From assembly GCA_049968235.1 (NCBI GenBank), contig JBMFRC010000019.1, positions 1 to 60,642 on the forward strand: 60,642 nt of DNA, read 5' to 3'. A model generated the notes under the pieces. It ran no database searches. It saw only the letters and a list, made by a program, of their open reading frames with translations, and had not been told where the DNA came from. This stretch comes from Candidatus Hydrogenedens sp. Lineage in GTDB: Bacteria; Hydrogenedentota; Hydrogenedentia; Hydrogenedentales; Hydrogenedentaceae. The position numbers and the translations under genes are program-made. Of the stretch, positions 39,249 to 49,958 are shown one piece after another (the stretch's first letter is position 1; the number at the start of each line of letters is the position of its first letter).

Positions 39249-40697
39249 TTACGGTAATTGTTCTGAGGCTAATGCTACTACTCTATAAGCACCGTTATAA
39301 GTACCTACTTTCTTTAATTGAACAATCTGTTCGTTATACATTTTTAATAAATCATCTTCCTCAACAAGCATATTTAGAACCTGTAATGTAAAATCGAGCC
39401 CGACGCATTCTGGTGTACTATCACCAATTTCACTAGCACGAATTGCTCCCCATGCCTCATGACCACCAACTCGTTCCAGTAATAATTTCGGTATAGGATA
39501 AAATGCAAGTTCACTCGGTTTTGTTATTAGCAAATCACTGGGACGCATTAGTAAATTCGTAGTATAAACAGCAGAATAGGTATTATCATGGAGAAAACCA
39601 TGAAGCGTCCCCGATACTTTATTATCCAATGCATTTTTTACAAATTGTTTCGTTTCATCCCAGTGATTATGCAAATTAAGCAGGTCATCAAAGTGTGGAA
39701 TATTTTTCTTAAAGTATTCCAATGCATTTACATGGTCCCCAAAATTTAAGAACAGAATTAATTTTCCTTCTATTATCCATTTCCATAGAAATTTAACAAT
39801 ATTTACGAGCAAATTTTGCTGTGCACCGGCTCCTCCAATAGAAATCAAAAATCTGCGAGGTTCTTTTTTATCCATACGGGATATACGATTTTGCACATCT
39901 TCCTCTAATGGAGCGAGCAACTCATGGTCAACATAATGTCCAACTGCTTTAATTTGACTTTGTGGAATTCCTTTTCCAATACCCGGCGGAATCATCCCCC
40001 GTAAGGTTCGGAAACCAAAATATTCAGATGGACCCTGCACAACCTGTAATGCATCCGGGGAAAGATGAAAACCTAATGGACAATTATCCGGAATAAGGTT
40101 CAAAACCTTACGCATACCTGCAAAACTTGCTCCATGTGCATTGAACGGATGTGTCGCCAGAACAGGGATATTGGGGTCCAGTTGACGATATACATCGGAT
40201 AATATCTCTGCGGTTGCCATTACGGGATAATTCTTTTCCAGTCCCCGATACCATTTCCCCATTAACGGGTCCCAAAAGAAACGGTTAAACATTTTCGATT
40301 TCTGTGAGATGCGAGAACCTAATGAATACCAATAATCCAGATAGCGAATCATTCGTGCTCCTGCACTATTAAAGTTCAACAAATCAAACCAGTAAGGAAT
40401 ATAGCCCGCATAGTTAACAGCAGAGGCTATTGCCATTCCGATGCGATAATGTCCATATCCCATACGAATTGTTCCAATTACCATTCCTTTTTGTGGGTCA
40501 AGGGCTATGCCCTCCTTCTCCGAAAAGACATCATGCAAATTAATAAAAGGAGATAAAATCTCATTGGGTTTTGCAATTAGTGGGAATTCATCTTTACCTG
40601 TATATCCAAACTTTTTGGCAAACTTCCTCTTTAATTTTTCACCTTTTTGTATCGATTTATCTGAAAGAGGCATTCCGAACAAAGTTTTATGGTTCAT
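39249..40697 (-). CDS. Putative glycosyltransferase (GT28 / MGDG-synthase-like)
   Basis: 482 aa. N-terminal GTIRMGYGHYRIGMAIASA resembles the GxGH(x)2A motif of the MurG/MGDG synthase N-domain. A later ISIGGAGAQQ segment resembles the C-terminal nucleotide-sugar binding domain. Low-to-moderate confidence. Confidence 0.4.
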   Translation of the reverse strand: MNHKTLFGMPLSDKSIQKGEKLKRKFAKKFGYTGKDEFPLIAKPNEILSPFINLHDVFSEKEGIALDPQKGMVIGTIRMGYGHYRIGMAIASAVNYAGYIPYWFDLLNFNSAGARMIRYLDYWYSLGSRISQKSKMFNRFFWDPLMGKWYRGLEKNYPVMATAEILSDVYRQLDPNIPVLATHPFNAHGASFAGMRKVLNLIPDNCPLGFHLSPDALQVVQGPSEYFGFRTLRGMIPPGIGKGIPQSQIKAVGHYVDHELLAPLEEDVQNRISRMDKKEPRRFLISIGGAGAQQNLLVNIVKFLWKWIIEGKLILFLNFGDHVNALEYFKKNIPHFDDLLNLHNHWDETKQFVKNALDNKVSGTLHGFLHDNTYSAVYTTNLLMRPSDLLITKPSELAFYPIPKLLLERVGGHEAWGAIRASEIGDSTPECVGLDFTLQVLNMLVEEDDLLKMYNEQIVQLKKVGTYNGAYRVVALASEQLP

Positions 40698-40956
40698 TGT
40701 TATCTCCTTACAAAATCAATTCATTGTTTTTATAGAAAAATTACCATAACAATTCATATTTTAGAAAATCAAATAAAACAAAAGAAATTATAATATCTTT
40801 ATTTCGGGATTGTTAATATCCAATCACTACAAAGGATACCACAATTTCGTTTTTTTTCATTTTATTTTCAAAACTCGTTTTTTATTTTGTTAGTCTGATA
40901 TGATAAAAAAGCCTTTTATTTTTGTAGCAAAACCCAATTTATGGAGGTAAATTTTT

Positions 40957-42282
40957 ATGAAACGGAAAAAACAAAAAAAGGAATCTTTAAATCGAAGGGA
41001 ATTCTTAAAAAGGACGGGGCTTGCCTCGTTAGCAACAGTTGCGTTTCCATATATCATTCCGGGCAGGGCACTAGGACTTGATGGAGCAGTTCCTCCCAGT
41101 GAACGAATTACAATTGGTTGTATCGGTGTTGGTGGTATGGGCACATCCAATATGGAAGGTTTTCTCAGCCAACCTTCTGCACAGGTTGTGGCTATATGTG
41201 ATGTCGATGCAAAGCATCTTGAAACGGCGATGAAAAAAGTAAACGACCGTTATGGCAATCAGGATTGTGCAGGTTATAAAGACTTCCGAGAGTTAATTGC
41301 CCGTGATGATATTGATGCGGTTTCATTAGCGTTACCGGACCAATGGCATGCAATTCCTGCAATTATGGCTGTAAAAGCGGGAAAAGATGTTTATGGTGAA
41401 AAACCATTAGCAGGCTCAATTAAAGAAGGACGAGCCATTGTCGATGCAGTGGAACAATATGGCAGAATCTGGCAAACGGGCAGTTGGCAGAGGTCACAGG
41501 AGCATTTCCGTCAGGCATGTGAACTCGTTCGCAATGGATACATCGGTGAAGTGAAATATGTTGTTGTTGGTTTACCCGCAAAGAACTCCATTAATAAAGG
41601 CAGTACAACCCCAACAGACCCACCTCCGTGGTTCGATTATAATATGTGGTTAGGACCAGCCCCATACGCACCGTATTGTGAAGCCCGATGCCATTGGAAT
41701 TTTCGCTGGATTAGTGATTACGCAGGTGGACAATTAACCGACTGGGCTGGACACCATTGCGATATTGCCCAATGGGGCATGGGAACCGAACTCACAGGAC
41801 CCGTTGAAATCATCCCAAGAGGCGGACATTGGCCTAAAGCAGAAGATGGACTTTTTGATACCGTAGAAGATTATGAATTCCTTTGCAAATTCAAAGAAGG
41901 TTTTGATATGTTAGTAACTGCACGGCAAAAAGGGGGCGTTTTATTCAAAGGTTCGGAAGGCTGGATACATGTTGACCGTGGTGCTTTCGATGCATACCCG
42001 CGGTCTTTAGTTCAAACAGAAATTAAACCTCATGAATTACATTTGTACCGTTCTTCAAATCATATTGGAAACTTTTTAGAATGTGTCCGTACTCGCAAGA
42101 AAACCATCACCCCTGCTGAAGTAGCACATCATTCCATTATGATTGGACATTTAGGACTGATAGCCCTTAAATTAGGCAGACCATTAAAATTCGACCCTGA
42201 TACAGAAACCTTTGTAAATGATTCCGAAGCCAATCGTATGCTCTGCAGACCCATGCGTGAGCCGTGGCACCTAAATATTTAG
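40957..42282 (+). CDS. Tat-exported Gfo/Idh/MocA family oxidoreductase (ThuB-like), second copy
   Basis: Twin-arginine signal NRREFLKRTGLASLATVAF. Rossmann motif IGCIGVGGMGTSN. Colinear with 21682..22953, including the shared C-terminal ...RLI.QPMREPW motif. Confidence 0.8.
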   Translation: MKRKKQKKESLNRREFLKRTGLASLATVAFPYIIPGRALGLDGAVPPSERITIGCIGVGGMGTSNMEGFLSQPSAQVVAICDVDAKHLETAMKKVNDRYGNQDCAGYKDFRELIARDDIDAVSLALPDQWHAIPAIMAVKAGKDVYGEKPLAGSIKEGRAIVDAVEQYGRIWQTGSWQRSQEHFRQACELVRNGYIGEVKYVVVGLPAKNSINKGSTTPTDPPPWFDYNMWLGPAPYAPYCEARCHWNFRWISDYAGGQLTDWAGHHCDIAQWGMGTELTGPVEIIPRGGHWPKAEDGLFDTVEDYEFLCKFKEGFDMLVTARQKGGVLFKGSEGWIHVDRGAFDAYPRSLVQTEIKPHELHLYRSSNHIGNFLECVRTRKKTITPAEVAHHSIMIGHLGLIALKLGRPLKFDPDTETFVNDSEANRMLCRPMREPWHLNI

Positions 42283-42323
42283 TAATTACTTATGAACCTT
42301 CTTTCATACATAGGAGAAATAAT

Positions 42324-45300
42324 ATGAATTATAGGACAAGACAAATAATTGTAGGAAAGTTTCTTATTGCCCTTATTTTGACTTTTATTCCTATGAATCT
42401 TATGGCAGAACCTACAATTAAAGCACTACTATTAACAGGGCAAAACAATCATCGCTGGGACATCAGTTTCCCCATTTTGAAGGATGCTCTGGAAAAAACG
42501 GGACTATTTCAGGTGGATGTGCTTCAATCGCCTGCTCAGGGCGCTGATTTTTCCTCCTTTAAGCCAGAATTCCAAAATTATCAGGTGGTTATTTTAGATT
42601 ACAACGGTGACCCCTGGCCTGAAAATGTAAGACAATCCTTTGTATCTTATGTGGAAAATGGTGGAGGGGTAGTTGTTTACCACGCTGCAAATAATGCTTT
42701 CCCTGACTGGCCTGAATTTAATAAAATTATTGGTCTTGGTGGTTGGGGCAACCGTGATGAGCGCTGGGGTCCGTATGTTCGCTGGCGAGATGGGAAGGTC
42801 GTAAAAGATAATATTCCGGGACCCGGTGGTAGTCATGGAACACAGCATGCCTTTCAAGTTGTAATACGCGACCGCAATCATCCCATTACAAAGGGACTCC
42901 CTCCGATATGGCTCCATGCAAAAGATGAGTTATATGACCGTCTGCGTGGTCCTGCAGAAAACTTAACTGTTCTCGCAACCGCTTATTCCAGTCCCGAAGA
43001 AAAGGGAACCGGTGAACATGAACCGATTCTTTTCACAGTACAATATGGAAAAGGCAGAATTTTCCAGACTGTTTTAGGACACCCGCAAGAGGATACTCCT
43101 GTGGCATTACAATGTGCAGGTTTCCTTACTACATTCCTGCGAGGTGCAGAATGGTGTGCTACCGGTAAAGTAACACAACCTGTTCCCGAAGATTTTCCGG
43201 GACCTGATGAAATTCGTATCTGGGAAGAAAATCGTTATATTCCCCTTGCGGAATTATTGGAACGGATAAAAGGGTATAAAGCCCTGGATAGCCTTGCCAC
43301 AATAACTCAAATTAATGAATACCTCCGTGTTATGACCTCTGATAAAAGGTCTCTGGCAAATGCTGAAAAGGAAATGATTAAATTCCTTCTTTCCGACGCG
43401 ACAATAGATGCCAAAAAATATGTATGCTCAAAATTAGGAGAATTAGGTTCTCAAGCATCTGTCCCCGTTCTAACGGATTTGTTACAGGTCCCTGAATTAT
43501 TTGATTCAGCCCGTTTTGCTCTCGAAAAAATACCCGGGGAACTATCCGCTCGTGCCCTGCGAAATGCGTTACAGACAACCGAAGGGAAAAACCGTATTGG
43601 CATTATTACCTCACTTGGTTTGCGAAAGGATGTCAAGTCCATCTCTTCTATTGCGGTATTTTTGAACAATAGTGACCCTGATATTGTAATTTCTGCGGGT
43701 TCTGCTCTTTGTATGATGGAAGAGGAAAGTGCTCTTTCAGCATTATGGACAGCACATTCACAATCTATTGAATCAGCCCGTTTGAAATTAACACAACATG
43801 CTTTTGCCTGTGCCGATAAAATATTAGCGAAGAAGAAATCCCCCGATGCCCTTGCAGTAATACGTAGTTTATCCGCAGATAGTTCGCTTACACCTTCTCT
43901 ACGGATAGCATCGCTACGCAGTCTATTAAAGTACTCTGAGGAAGAAGGGACAAAAGTATTAGTAAAGGCACTTGGTGACCCTGATACTGATTTTGTTCGG
44001 CTCGTTATTGCCTCTACACCCTTAATAAAGAATAAGCAACTTCTATTAAATGTTGTATGCAAGGAAATGGCTTTTTCTACACCTGAAAATCAAGTGCAAT
44101 TTATCAATCTGTTCGCTTCACAAAAAAGAAAAGATATACTTCCCTATGTAGTTAACAGTCTCAATAGTGAGAATCCTGCAATTCGAGAAGCCAGCATAAA
44201 AGCACTCGGTGTTATAGGTGGCAAATCGGAAATAGAATTACTTATTCCCAAAGCCCTCGGCGAAGGAACAGAGGCAGAACTGGCAAAAGCAAGTCTTGCT
44301 TCGATGCCCGGAGATGACGCCGGACAGGGAATGTTGGATATATTGAAGAAACCCGATATAGAACCCGCTTTAAAGAAACTCCTTCTGCCCTTAGTTGCTA
44401 CACGAAAAGTACCCGGCAGTGAACCCATCATACTAAAATCTGCCGGAGATGCTGACCCGGAGTGTAGAATATCCGCTATAAAGAGCCTTATCGAACAGCC
44501 TAATGCAGAAATGCTTGACACGATTTTACAAATATTGCCGGGAGTCAGTTCCGATGAAGAACAAGAACTGTTTGCAGAACTGATTTTGAAAATTGCATTA
44601 CTGAATCCTGATGAAACGGAAAAACAATTGGTCAAAATTTCATCCGTACTGGATTCCAATTCCGCATTACCGGTGCAAACAGTTCTACTTCATGTCCTCG
44701 CACAGTCGGGGCATGTCAAAGGATGGGAGAAATTAAGCACATGTATAAGTACAAATACACCCGCCGATAAGTTGGGCATTGTAATACAAGCATTAAATAA
44801 ATGGCCAGATGATACGCCTGTTCCTGTCCTGATAGAATTTGCCCGTGCAAATCCTGAACTGCCACATCGAGATAGGTTACTCGAAACATGTTTGAATTTA
44901 ACACAAAAGACAAAATCTACCGATGAAGAAGTTATACAAAGGATTGCTTCTTTATTAGAATTAAATCCTTCTGCATCGGTAAAGAAATCTGCATTAGAAA
45001 AGATTGCCCAGCGGAAAGTTGATAGTTCATTACCCTTACTGCTTAAATACCTTCATGAATCTGAAGACCCTGTAAAGGAAACTTTGATTCGTTCTTTATC
45101 CAATTGGCGAAATGCGGAACCTCTAAATGCTTTATTGGAACTTGCCCGCACAACAGATAACGATTCTATTCGTCGGCAGTCTCTTGCAGGTGTTATTCAA
45201 TTATCGGATAATATTTGCAATATGTCCTCTGAACAACGGACACAATTGTTTAACGATGTGATAGCAATTGGCACAAAGCCTGAGATATTAAAAGGTATCA

Positions 45301-46031
45301 TAGGTGCCTTGCAAAACACATCTTATCCCGAAGCATTAGCCATTGTAACCCAATACCTGGATAATGAACAGGTAAAAAGTGAAGCGGAAGTTGCGGTCGT
45401 TAAACTTTCAAAAACGCTTATAGGAATTGCGACGGATATAGTTGCCCCCGCTCTCGAAAAAGTCATCCATCAAGGACAGATGGAACTAATCAAACAAGAA
45501 GCACAGAAAACTCTGGATATAATCCCGAAATTTGAGGATTTTATTACTACATGGATGGTCTCAGGTCCTTATATAAACGATGAAATTAACGCTAACATGT
45601 TGTATGAGTTCGTATTTGCACCGGAGAAACCCGAAGAAGCAGAAAAAGCATTATGGAAACCCGTTTCACCGGGAACCAATCCTAACAAACCCATGGTGGT
45701 TGAACTCCATAAAATATTAGGAGGGGAAAACCGTGTCGCTTATTTAAGCACTTATGTGTGGAGTGATACAGAGCAGGATGTTAATTTGTTAATCGGTAGT
45801 GATGATGGTGCCCGTATTTGGGTTAACGGGACAAAAGTATTCGGGAAAAATGCAAATCGTCCCTGCGTGCCTGATGATGATACAATAGGAATCCACTTGA
45901 AACAAGGTTGGAACCATATACTCGCCAAAATCCGTCAGGGTAGTGGAGAGTGGGAATTCTGTGCACGTATCCGCAAATCGGATGGCTCCCCATTTGAGCC
46001 AAAACTTAAAACTGCGATATTGCCTAAGTAA
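42324..46031 (+). CDS. Sec-exported multidomain protein: ThuA-like (type-1 glutamine amidotransferase-like) domain + HEAT repeats + C-terminal beta-sandwich (PA14/LamG-like) domain
   Basis: SD aggag precedes the ATG at 42324; the ORF runs from 42264. Signal peptide FLIALILTFIPMNLMA. Residues about 30-300 match ThuA (ALLLTGQNNHRWD...VVILDYNG...ENGGGVVVYHAANNAFPDW...HPIT...YGKGRIFQTVLGHP). About 650 aa of HEAT/PBS-lyase-like repeats follow. The C-terminal 200 aa (WMVSGPY...LIGSDDGARIWVNGTKVFG...) look like a beta-sandwich carbohydrate-binding fold. No CxxCH. Confidence 0.7.
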   Translation: MNYRTRQIIVGKFLIALILTFIPMNLMAEPTIKALLLTGQNNHRWDISFPILKDALEKTGLFQVDVLQSPAQGADFSSFKPEFQNYQVVILDYNGDPWPENVRQSFVSYVENGGGVVVYHAANNAFPDWPEFNKIIGLGGWGNRDERWGPYVRWRDGKVVKDNIPGPGGSHGTQHAFQVVIRDRNHPITKGLPPIWLHAKDELYDRLRGPAENLTVLATAYSSPEEKGTGEHEPILFTVQYGKGRIFQTVLGHPQEDTPVALQCAGFLTTFLRGAEWCATGKVTQPVPEDFPGPDEIRIWEENRYIPLAELLERIKGYKALDSLATITQINEYLRVMTSDKRSLANAEKEMIKFLLSDATIDAKKYVCSKLGELGSQASVPVLTDLLQVPELFDSARFALEKIPGELSARALRNALQTTEGKNRIGIITSLGLRKDVKSISSIAVFLNNSDPDIVISAGSALCMMEEESALSALWTAHSQSIESARLKLTQHAFACADKILAKKKSPDALAVIRSLSADSSLTPSLRIASLRSLLKYSEEEGTKVLVKALGDPDTDFVRLVIASTPLIKNKQLLLNVVCKEMAFSTPENQVQFINLFASQKRKDILPYVVNSLNSENPAIREASIKALGVIGGKSEIELLIPKALGEGTEAELAKASLASMPGDDAGQGMLDILKKPDIEPALKKLLLPLVATRKVPGSEPIILKSAGDADPECRISAIKSLIEQPNAEMLDTILQILPGVSSDEEQELFAELILKIALLNPDETEKQLVKISSVLDSNSALPVQTVLLHVLAQSGHVKGWEKLSTCISTNTPADKLGIVIQALNKWPDDTPVPVLIEFARANPELPHRDRLLETCLNLTQKTKSTDEEVIQRIASLLELNPSASVKKSALEKIAQRKVDSSLPLLLKYLHESEDPVKETLIRSLSNWRNAEPLNALLELARTTDNDSIRRQSLAGVIQLSDNICNMSSEQRTQLFNDVIAIGTKPEILKGIIGALQNTSYPEALAIVTQYLDNEQVKSEAEVAVVKLSKTLIGIATDIVAPALEKVIHQGQMELIKQEAQKTLDIIPKFEDFITTWMVSGPYINDEINANMLYEFVFAPEKPEEAEKALWKPVSPGTNPNKPMVVELHKILGGENRVAYLSTYVWSDTEQDVNLLIGSDDGARIWVNGTKVFGKNANRPCVPDDDTIGIHLKQGWNHILAKIRQGSGEWEFCARIRKSDGSPFEPKLKTAILPK

Positions 46032-46054
46032 AAGAATAAAAATTAACTTACACG

Positions 46055-46103
46055 ACAAGCCTCAATATATTTATATGTTATATGTTGAGGCTTGTTTTTT
46101 TTG
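46055..46103 (+). terminator. Rho-independent terminator after the ThuA-HEAT gene
   Basis: 11-bp stem acaagcctcaa / ttgaggcttgt (46055-46065 and 46085-46095) followed by T8 (46096-46103). About 25 nt after the stop codon. Confidence 0.7.
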
Positions 46104-46207
46104 TAAAATATATTGAATTCTAAAAAAATATAATGTAAAATAGTAAGAGTTATACACAGTATAATTTACTATAATTATCAAACAAAATTACTATTAAGGA
46201 GAATATT

Positions 46208-47134
46208 ATGAAAAAGCATGGTTTCACCCTCATTGAACTTCTCGTCGTTATTGCTATCATCGGTATTCTTGCGGCAATACTATTACCAGCGCTTGCTCGT
46301 GCTCGTGAGGCGGCTCGTCGTTCCAGTTGCCAGAACAACTTAAAGCAAATCGGGCTTACATGTAAAATGTATGCAAACGAAGCCAAAGGGGAAAGATTCC
46401 CACCATCGAAACTATACAATTGCACAGAATTAAGTGGAGAATTTGTAATAGATTGTATGGCGGTGTATCCGGAATATTTAAACGACCCTGCTGTTCTATT
46501 ATGCCCTTCCGCAACAACAGGGAATGACCCGGAGAAAGTATTTAATAAAGCAGATAATCGTGCTCAGGTTATTGGAGACCGCGCCGGAAACTTTGTCCCC
46601 ACTGCTGGGGTTCCTAATACCGAATTTTATCCCTGCGAAGTAGATGATAGTAGTTGTTCTTACTTATATTTAGCATGGAACACATGGTTTCCGGGGATTA
46701 TTGACCGACCCGACCCACCGGAGAATCCTGATGTAAATGTAATGATAGATTGGTTAATGGCGAATAATCCGCAAGTGGTTATTATGTTAGGCAATCTATA
46801 CCCGCGTTTAGGGAATCCATCCCAAAATGATGAGGATTTCCAATTCAACGATGGAACCCAGAACTTAACGATGTATCGTTTGAGAGAGGGAATTGAACGC
46901 TTCATGATAACGGATATCAACAATCCCGCAGCAAGTGCCAAAGCCCAAAGTGAAATCCCTGTGTGTGGAGACTGGGTCAGCACCGATATAGGACAGGAAT
47001 TCAATCATGTACCCGGCGGTTGTAATTTCCTGTATATGGATGGTCATGTCGAATTTATTCGATACCCCGGCAAATGGCCTGTTAATCGCACAATGGCTGT
47101 TCTACAAAGTGAAGAAATTATGGACAGGTTCTAA
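46208..47134 (+). CDS. DUF1559 family protein with prepilin-type N-terminal cleavage/methylation domain and H-X9-DG-like C-terminal motif
   Basis: SD aaggag present. N-terminus [50 protein letters not shown] is the Planctomycete DUF1559 pseudopilin-like head. C-terminus [18 protein letters not shown]. Confidence 0.85.
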   Translation: MKKHGFTLIELLVVIAIIGILAAILLPALARAREAARRSSCQNNLKQIGLTCKMYANEAKGERFPPSKLYNCTELSGEFVIDCMAVYPEYLNDPAVLLCPSATTGNDPEKVFNKADNRAQVIGDRAGNFVPTAGVPNTEFYPCEVDDSSCSYLYLAWNTWFPGIIDRPDPPENPDVNVMIDWLMANNPQVVIMLGNLYPRLGNPSQNDEDFQFNDGTQNLTMYRLREGIERFMITDINNPAASAKAQSEIPVCGDWVSTDIGQEFNHVPGGCNFLYMDGHVEFIRYPGKWPVNRTMAVLQSEEIMDRF

Positions 47135-47151
47135 ACGAATTATCCAGACCC

Positions 47152-47190
47152 AAAAGGTGAGGTATATTTCTCCGATACCTCACCTTTTTT
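47152..47190. terminator. Terminator hairpin between convergent DUF1559 gene and LarE-like gene
   Basis: Stem aggtgaggtat / atacctcacct (within 47152-47184) with a 9-nt loop, followed by T6 on the plus strand. Weaker T-run on the minus strand. Confidence 0.65.
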
Positions 47191-47327
47191 ACTTACTATA
47201 AAGTTTAACTATTGCAGAGGAGAAGAGATTCTTCGTGTTGTTCTTATCAGAGCAGGATGTGCACATGTATTCGTTTTTCAGTATCAAAGAGAAATTAAAA
47301 TACATTTATGAAAGGGGAAAATATATA

Positions 47328-48143
47328 TTATCTTGCAGTACTACCTGTGCGATAGCCAGCAATATCAACAGTGATATAGCGGTACCCCAGTTTCGTAAAT
47401 TCCTGAAATATTTTGTAGCGAATAGGTTCGGAAATCAATCGGGGTAAGTCTTGCAATTCCACTTCAATGCGAGCAAGGTTTTGGTGATTACGAACACGAT
47501 ATTGCTTAAATCCTAATGACTTTAATATGTTCTCTGCACTTTCTATTCGTTTCAGGTCTTCAATAGTAATTGGTGTTCCTGTGGGGATTCGTGATGATAA
47601 ACAAGCAAAACTGGGTTTGTCTGCTGTGGGTAATTGACGAAGTTTGCTTAGAATACGAATTTCCTCTTTTGTCATACCTACTTCCGAAAGAGGAGTTATT
47701 ACCCCAAATTCTTTCATGGCTAACTTCCCACTTCGCGTTGTATCCAATAAATCATCCGCATTTTCACCGCAGGCAATTGCCTGAAAATTATTCTGTTTTA
47801 TAAACTCCAACATAGTTTTAAAAAGTTCACTTTTGCAATAATAACAACGTTGGGGGTCATTTCTTAAAAATCGTTCATCCTTGAACTCATGGGGATATAT
47901 TACGGACACATTCCATTGTTGTTGTTTTGCAAATTCAAGGGCTTCTTTTAACTCTTCGCGGGGCATACTGGGTGTATCTGCGATAAGCAAAATGCAGCGG
48001 TTGCTCAATACTTCGTAGGCAACCGCTGAAAGATAGGTTGAATCCACACCTCCCGAATAGGCTATTGCAATTGATGTAAATTTCTGCAGATATTTTTTCA
48101 ATTCCCGTTCTTTACAAAGTGCTTGTTCTTCTAATAAAGACAT
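47328..48143 (-). CDS. PP-loop ATP pyrophosphatase, LarE-like (TIGR00268 family) sulfur transferase
   Basis: PP-loop SGGVDSTY (SGGxDS). 271 aa. Conserved Cys-containing CYYCK region. 14 nt downstream of the mtaB-like gene. Confidence 0.7.
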   Translation of the reverse strand: MSLLEEQALCKERELKKYLQKFTSIAIAYSGGVDSTYLSAVAYEVLSNRCILLIADTPSMPREELKEALEFAKQQQWNVSVIYPHEFKDERFLRNDPQRCYYCKSELFKTMLEFIKQNNFQAIACGENADDLLDTTRSGKLAMKEFGVITPLSEVGMTKEEIRILSKLRQLPTADKPSFACLSSRIPTGTPITIEDLKRIESAENILKSLGFKQYRVRNHQNLARIEVELQDLPRLISEPIRYKIFQEFTKLGYRYITVDIAGYRTGSTAR

Positions 48144-48156
48144 TATTTACCCTTTT

Positions 48157-49470
48157 CTATCCTTGGTTGATAATATTTAAAACTGTGCCACTCATATGTT
48201 CTACGAAAACATTTTCTAATCGGACATCACATAATTTGTTTTCCAGACATTCCGGACTTTTTGCCGTAACACGAATATAATTATCTGTATATCCTTGCCA
48301 ATGGTCGTTATTTTTTTCCTCAAATAAAACCGTCCTCACCGTATTTTGTGATTTTCGGTAAAACAGATTACGTTTCCTTTTACTTAATTCAATTAACAAA
48401 TTTACGCGGTGTTCAATTTCAGGATTTGCGACTTGTCCAGAAAAAGAATAGGAAGGGGTTCCTTCTCGCGGTGAATATGGGAATATATGCAGGAAAAATA
48501 TGGGTAAATTTTCGAGGAAATGTAATGTTTCCTCAAATAATAGGGTTGTTTCACCGGGAAAACCTACAAGGATATCGGAACTAATTCCGATATTGGGGAC
48601 TGTATCTATCGCCTGTAGAACAAAATCCCGATAGGTCTCACAAACATACTGGCGGTTCATCTGCTTTAATATTGTATTTGAACCCGATTGTAGAGGGATA
48701 TGTAGATATGGAACCAGAGGGAAATAACTATCTTTCATTCGCAGGAGAAATTCTTCATTTAAGGAGTTAATCTCAATAGAACTTAATCGAATTCGTGCTT
48801 GATTTCCGAACTGTTCATAGATGGTATCCAGTAGTTTTATCAGGTTCTTTCCCTCAAAATTGTAATTTCCTATATTAACACCTGTTAGGACAATCTCTTT
48901 AACTCCCGCTTCGATACGCCAATTTATTTCCTGTAAAATCTCCTGTATATTTCTTGAACGGGAAGGTCCACGTAGGTAAGGGATTATGCAGTAAGAGCAA
49001 TACTGGTTACAACCTTCCTGTATTTTGATATTTGCTCGATGAAAACCCGGAATGGCGACAGGTTTTGTAAATGAGCAACTCAATGCGGTGAGTTCCCATG
49101 TGGTTCCGGTTAGAATACAGGGTGTTTCTCGTTTTTTCCCCGTTATGTATGGGAACCAGTTCATTTTCCGTTTATTATCTACAATTAGGTCTATGCCGGG
49201 AATTTTCTTTAATGTTTCTATATCTTTTTCGACATAACAACCAATTACAACGATTTCAGCAGATGGATTCTTCCGAATCGTATGTCGAATGACTTTTCTG
49301 CATTTTACCTCTGCTTCATGCGTTACGGCGCAGGTATGAATAATACAGAGGTCGGCAGGAGAGTCTTTTGATGCAATTTCATAACCCTGTTCGTAAACTT
49401 TTTGGAGTATTGCATCGGATTCTGCCTGATTTAATCGGCATCCAAGTGTATGTATGTATACATATTTCAT
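48157..49470 (-). CDS. mtaB: Radical SAM methylthiotransferase, MtaB-like (tRNA ms2t6A) family
   Basis: N-terminal MTTase domain (TLGCRLNQAESD, three Cys). Radical SAM CNQYCSYC. C-terminal TRAM-like region. 437 aa. Distinct from the MiaB copy at 51491. Confidence 0.7.
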   Translation of the reverse strand: MKYVYIHTLGCRLNQAESDAILQKVYEQGYEIASKDSPADLCIIHTCAVTHEAEVKCRKVIRHTIRKNPSAEIVVIGCYVEKDIETLKKIPGIDLIVDNKRKMNWFPYITGKKRETPCILTGTTWELTALSCSFTKPVAIPGFHRANIKIQEGCNQYCSYCIIPYLRGPSRSRNIQEILQEINWRIEAGVKEIVLTGVNIGNYNFEGKNLIKLLDTIYEQFGNQARIRLSSIEINSLNEEFLLRMKDSYFPLVPYLHIPLQSGSNTILKQMNRQYVCETYRDFVLQAIDTVPNIGISSDILVGFPGETTLLFEETLHFLENLPIFFLHIFPYSPREGTPSYSFSGQVANPEIEHRVNLLIELSKRKRNLFYRKSQNTVRTVLFEEKNNDHWQGYTDNYIRVTAKSPECLENKLCDVRLENVFVEHMSGTVLNIINQG

Positions 49471-49500
49471 AGGACGAGTATATGTTTTCTATTTATGGGA

Positions 49501-49947
49501 CTACTTGAATAATTCCGATCCCTGAGGATAATTTTCGAGCAACCGCGAAAGATATAACTCTGCGGATTCCAATTCACGATACGCCTTTTGCACATCGGCA
49601 AAGGAAACTTCTCGTTTTAAGGACTTATTCTGAATCTCTTCATATTTGCAATGGGCTATTACTTTATTCTGATATGCCATTATCAATTCCAATTCTTTTA
49701 GTAGTTTCTGCTCGGGAGCAATGGTTTCTTCTTTCCCTTCGATAACTTCATTGTTTTCGGAAGAGACTTTGGGGCAATTTTCAATGATAGCCCTTAGTTT
49801 TGAAATGTTTGCCGTTGCTTTTTTGAATAAGAGGGTATCAGGGAAATGATTGCTATCCTTATCGGATGAAATAAAATGTGGGTTTATTCCGAGGAATATA
49901 AGTATCAAGGTAAGGATGCATACTATAAAGAAAAGGATATATCTCAT
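49501..49947 (-). CDS. Membrane-anchored coiled-coil hypothetical protein
   Basis: The likely start is the Met of MRYILFFIVCILTLILIFLG, a single N-terminal TM segment. The remainder is predicted helical and charged. The ORF upstream of that Met overlaps pepA and is probably not translated. Confidence 0.4.
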   Translation of the reverse strand: MRYILFFIVCILTLILIFLGINPHFISSDKDSNHFPDTLLFKKATANISKLRAIIENCPKVSSENNEVIEGKEETIAPEQKLLKELELIMAYQNKVIAHCKYEEIQNKSLKREVSFADVQKAYRELESAELYLSRLLENYPQGSELFK

Positions 49948-49958
49948 AACAGTGCCTC

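Noticed and set aside
43451-44659. Two long minus-strand ORFs (203 and 171 aa) inside the ThuA-HEAT gene
   Set aside because: They are Ser/Ala/Arg-rich low-complexity translations antisense to a strongly supported 1235-aa sense CDS with HEAT periodicity. They are typical shadow ORFs.
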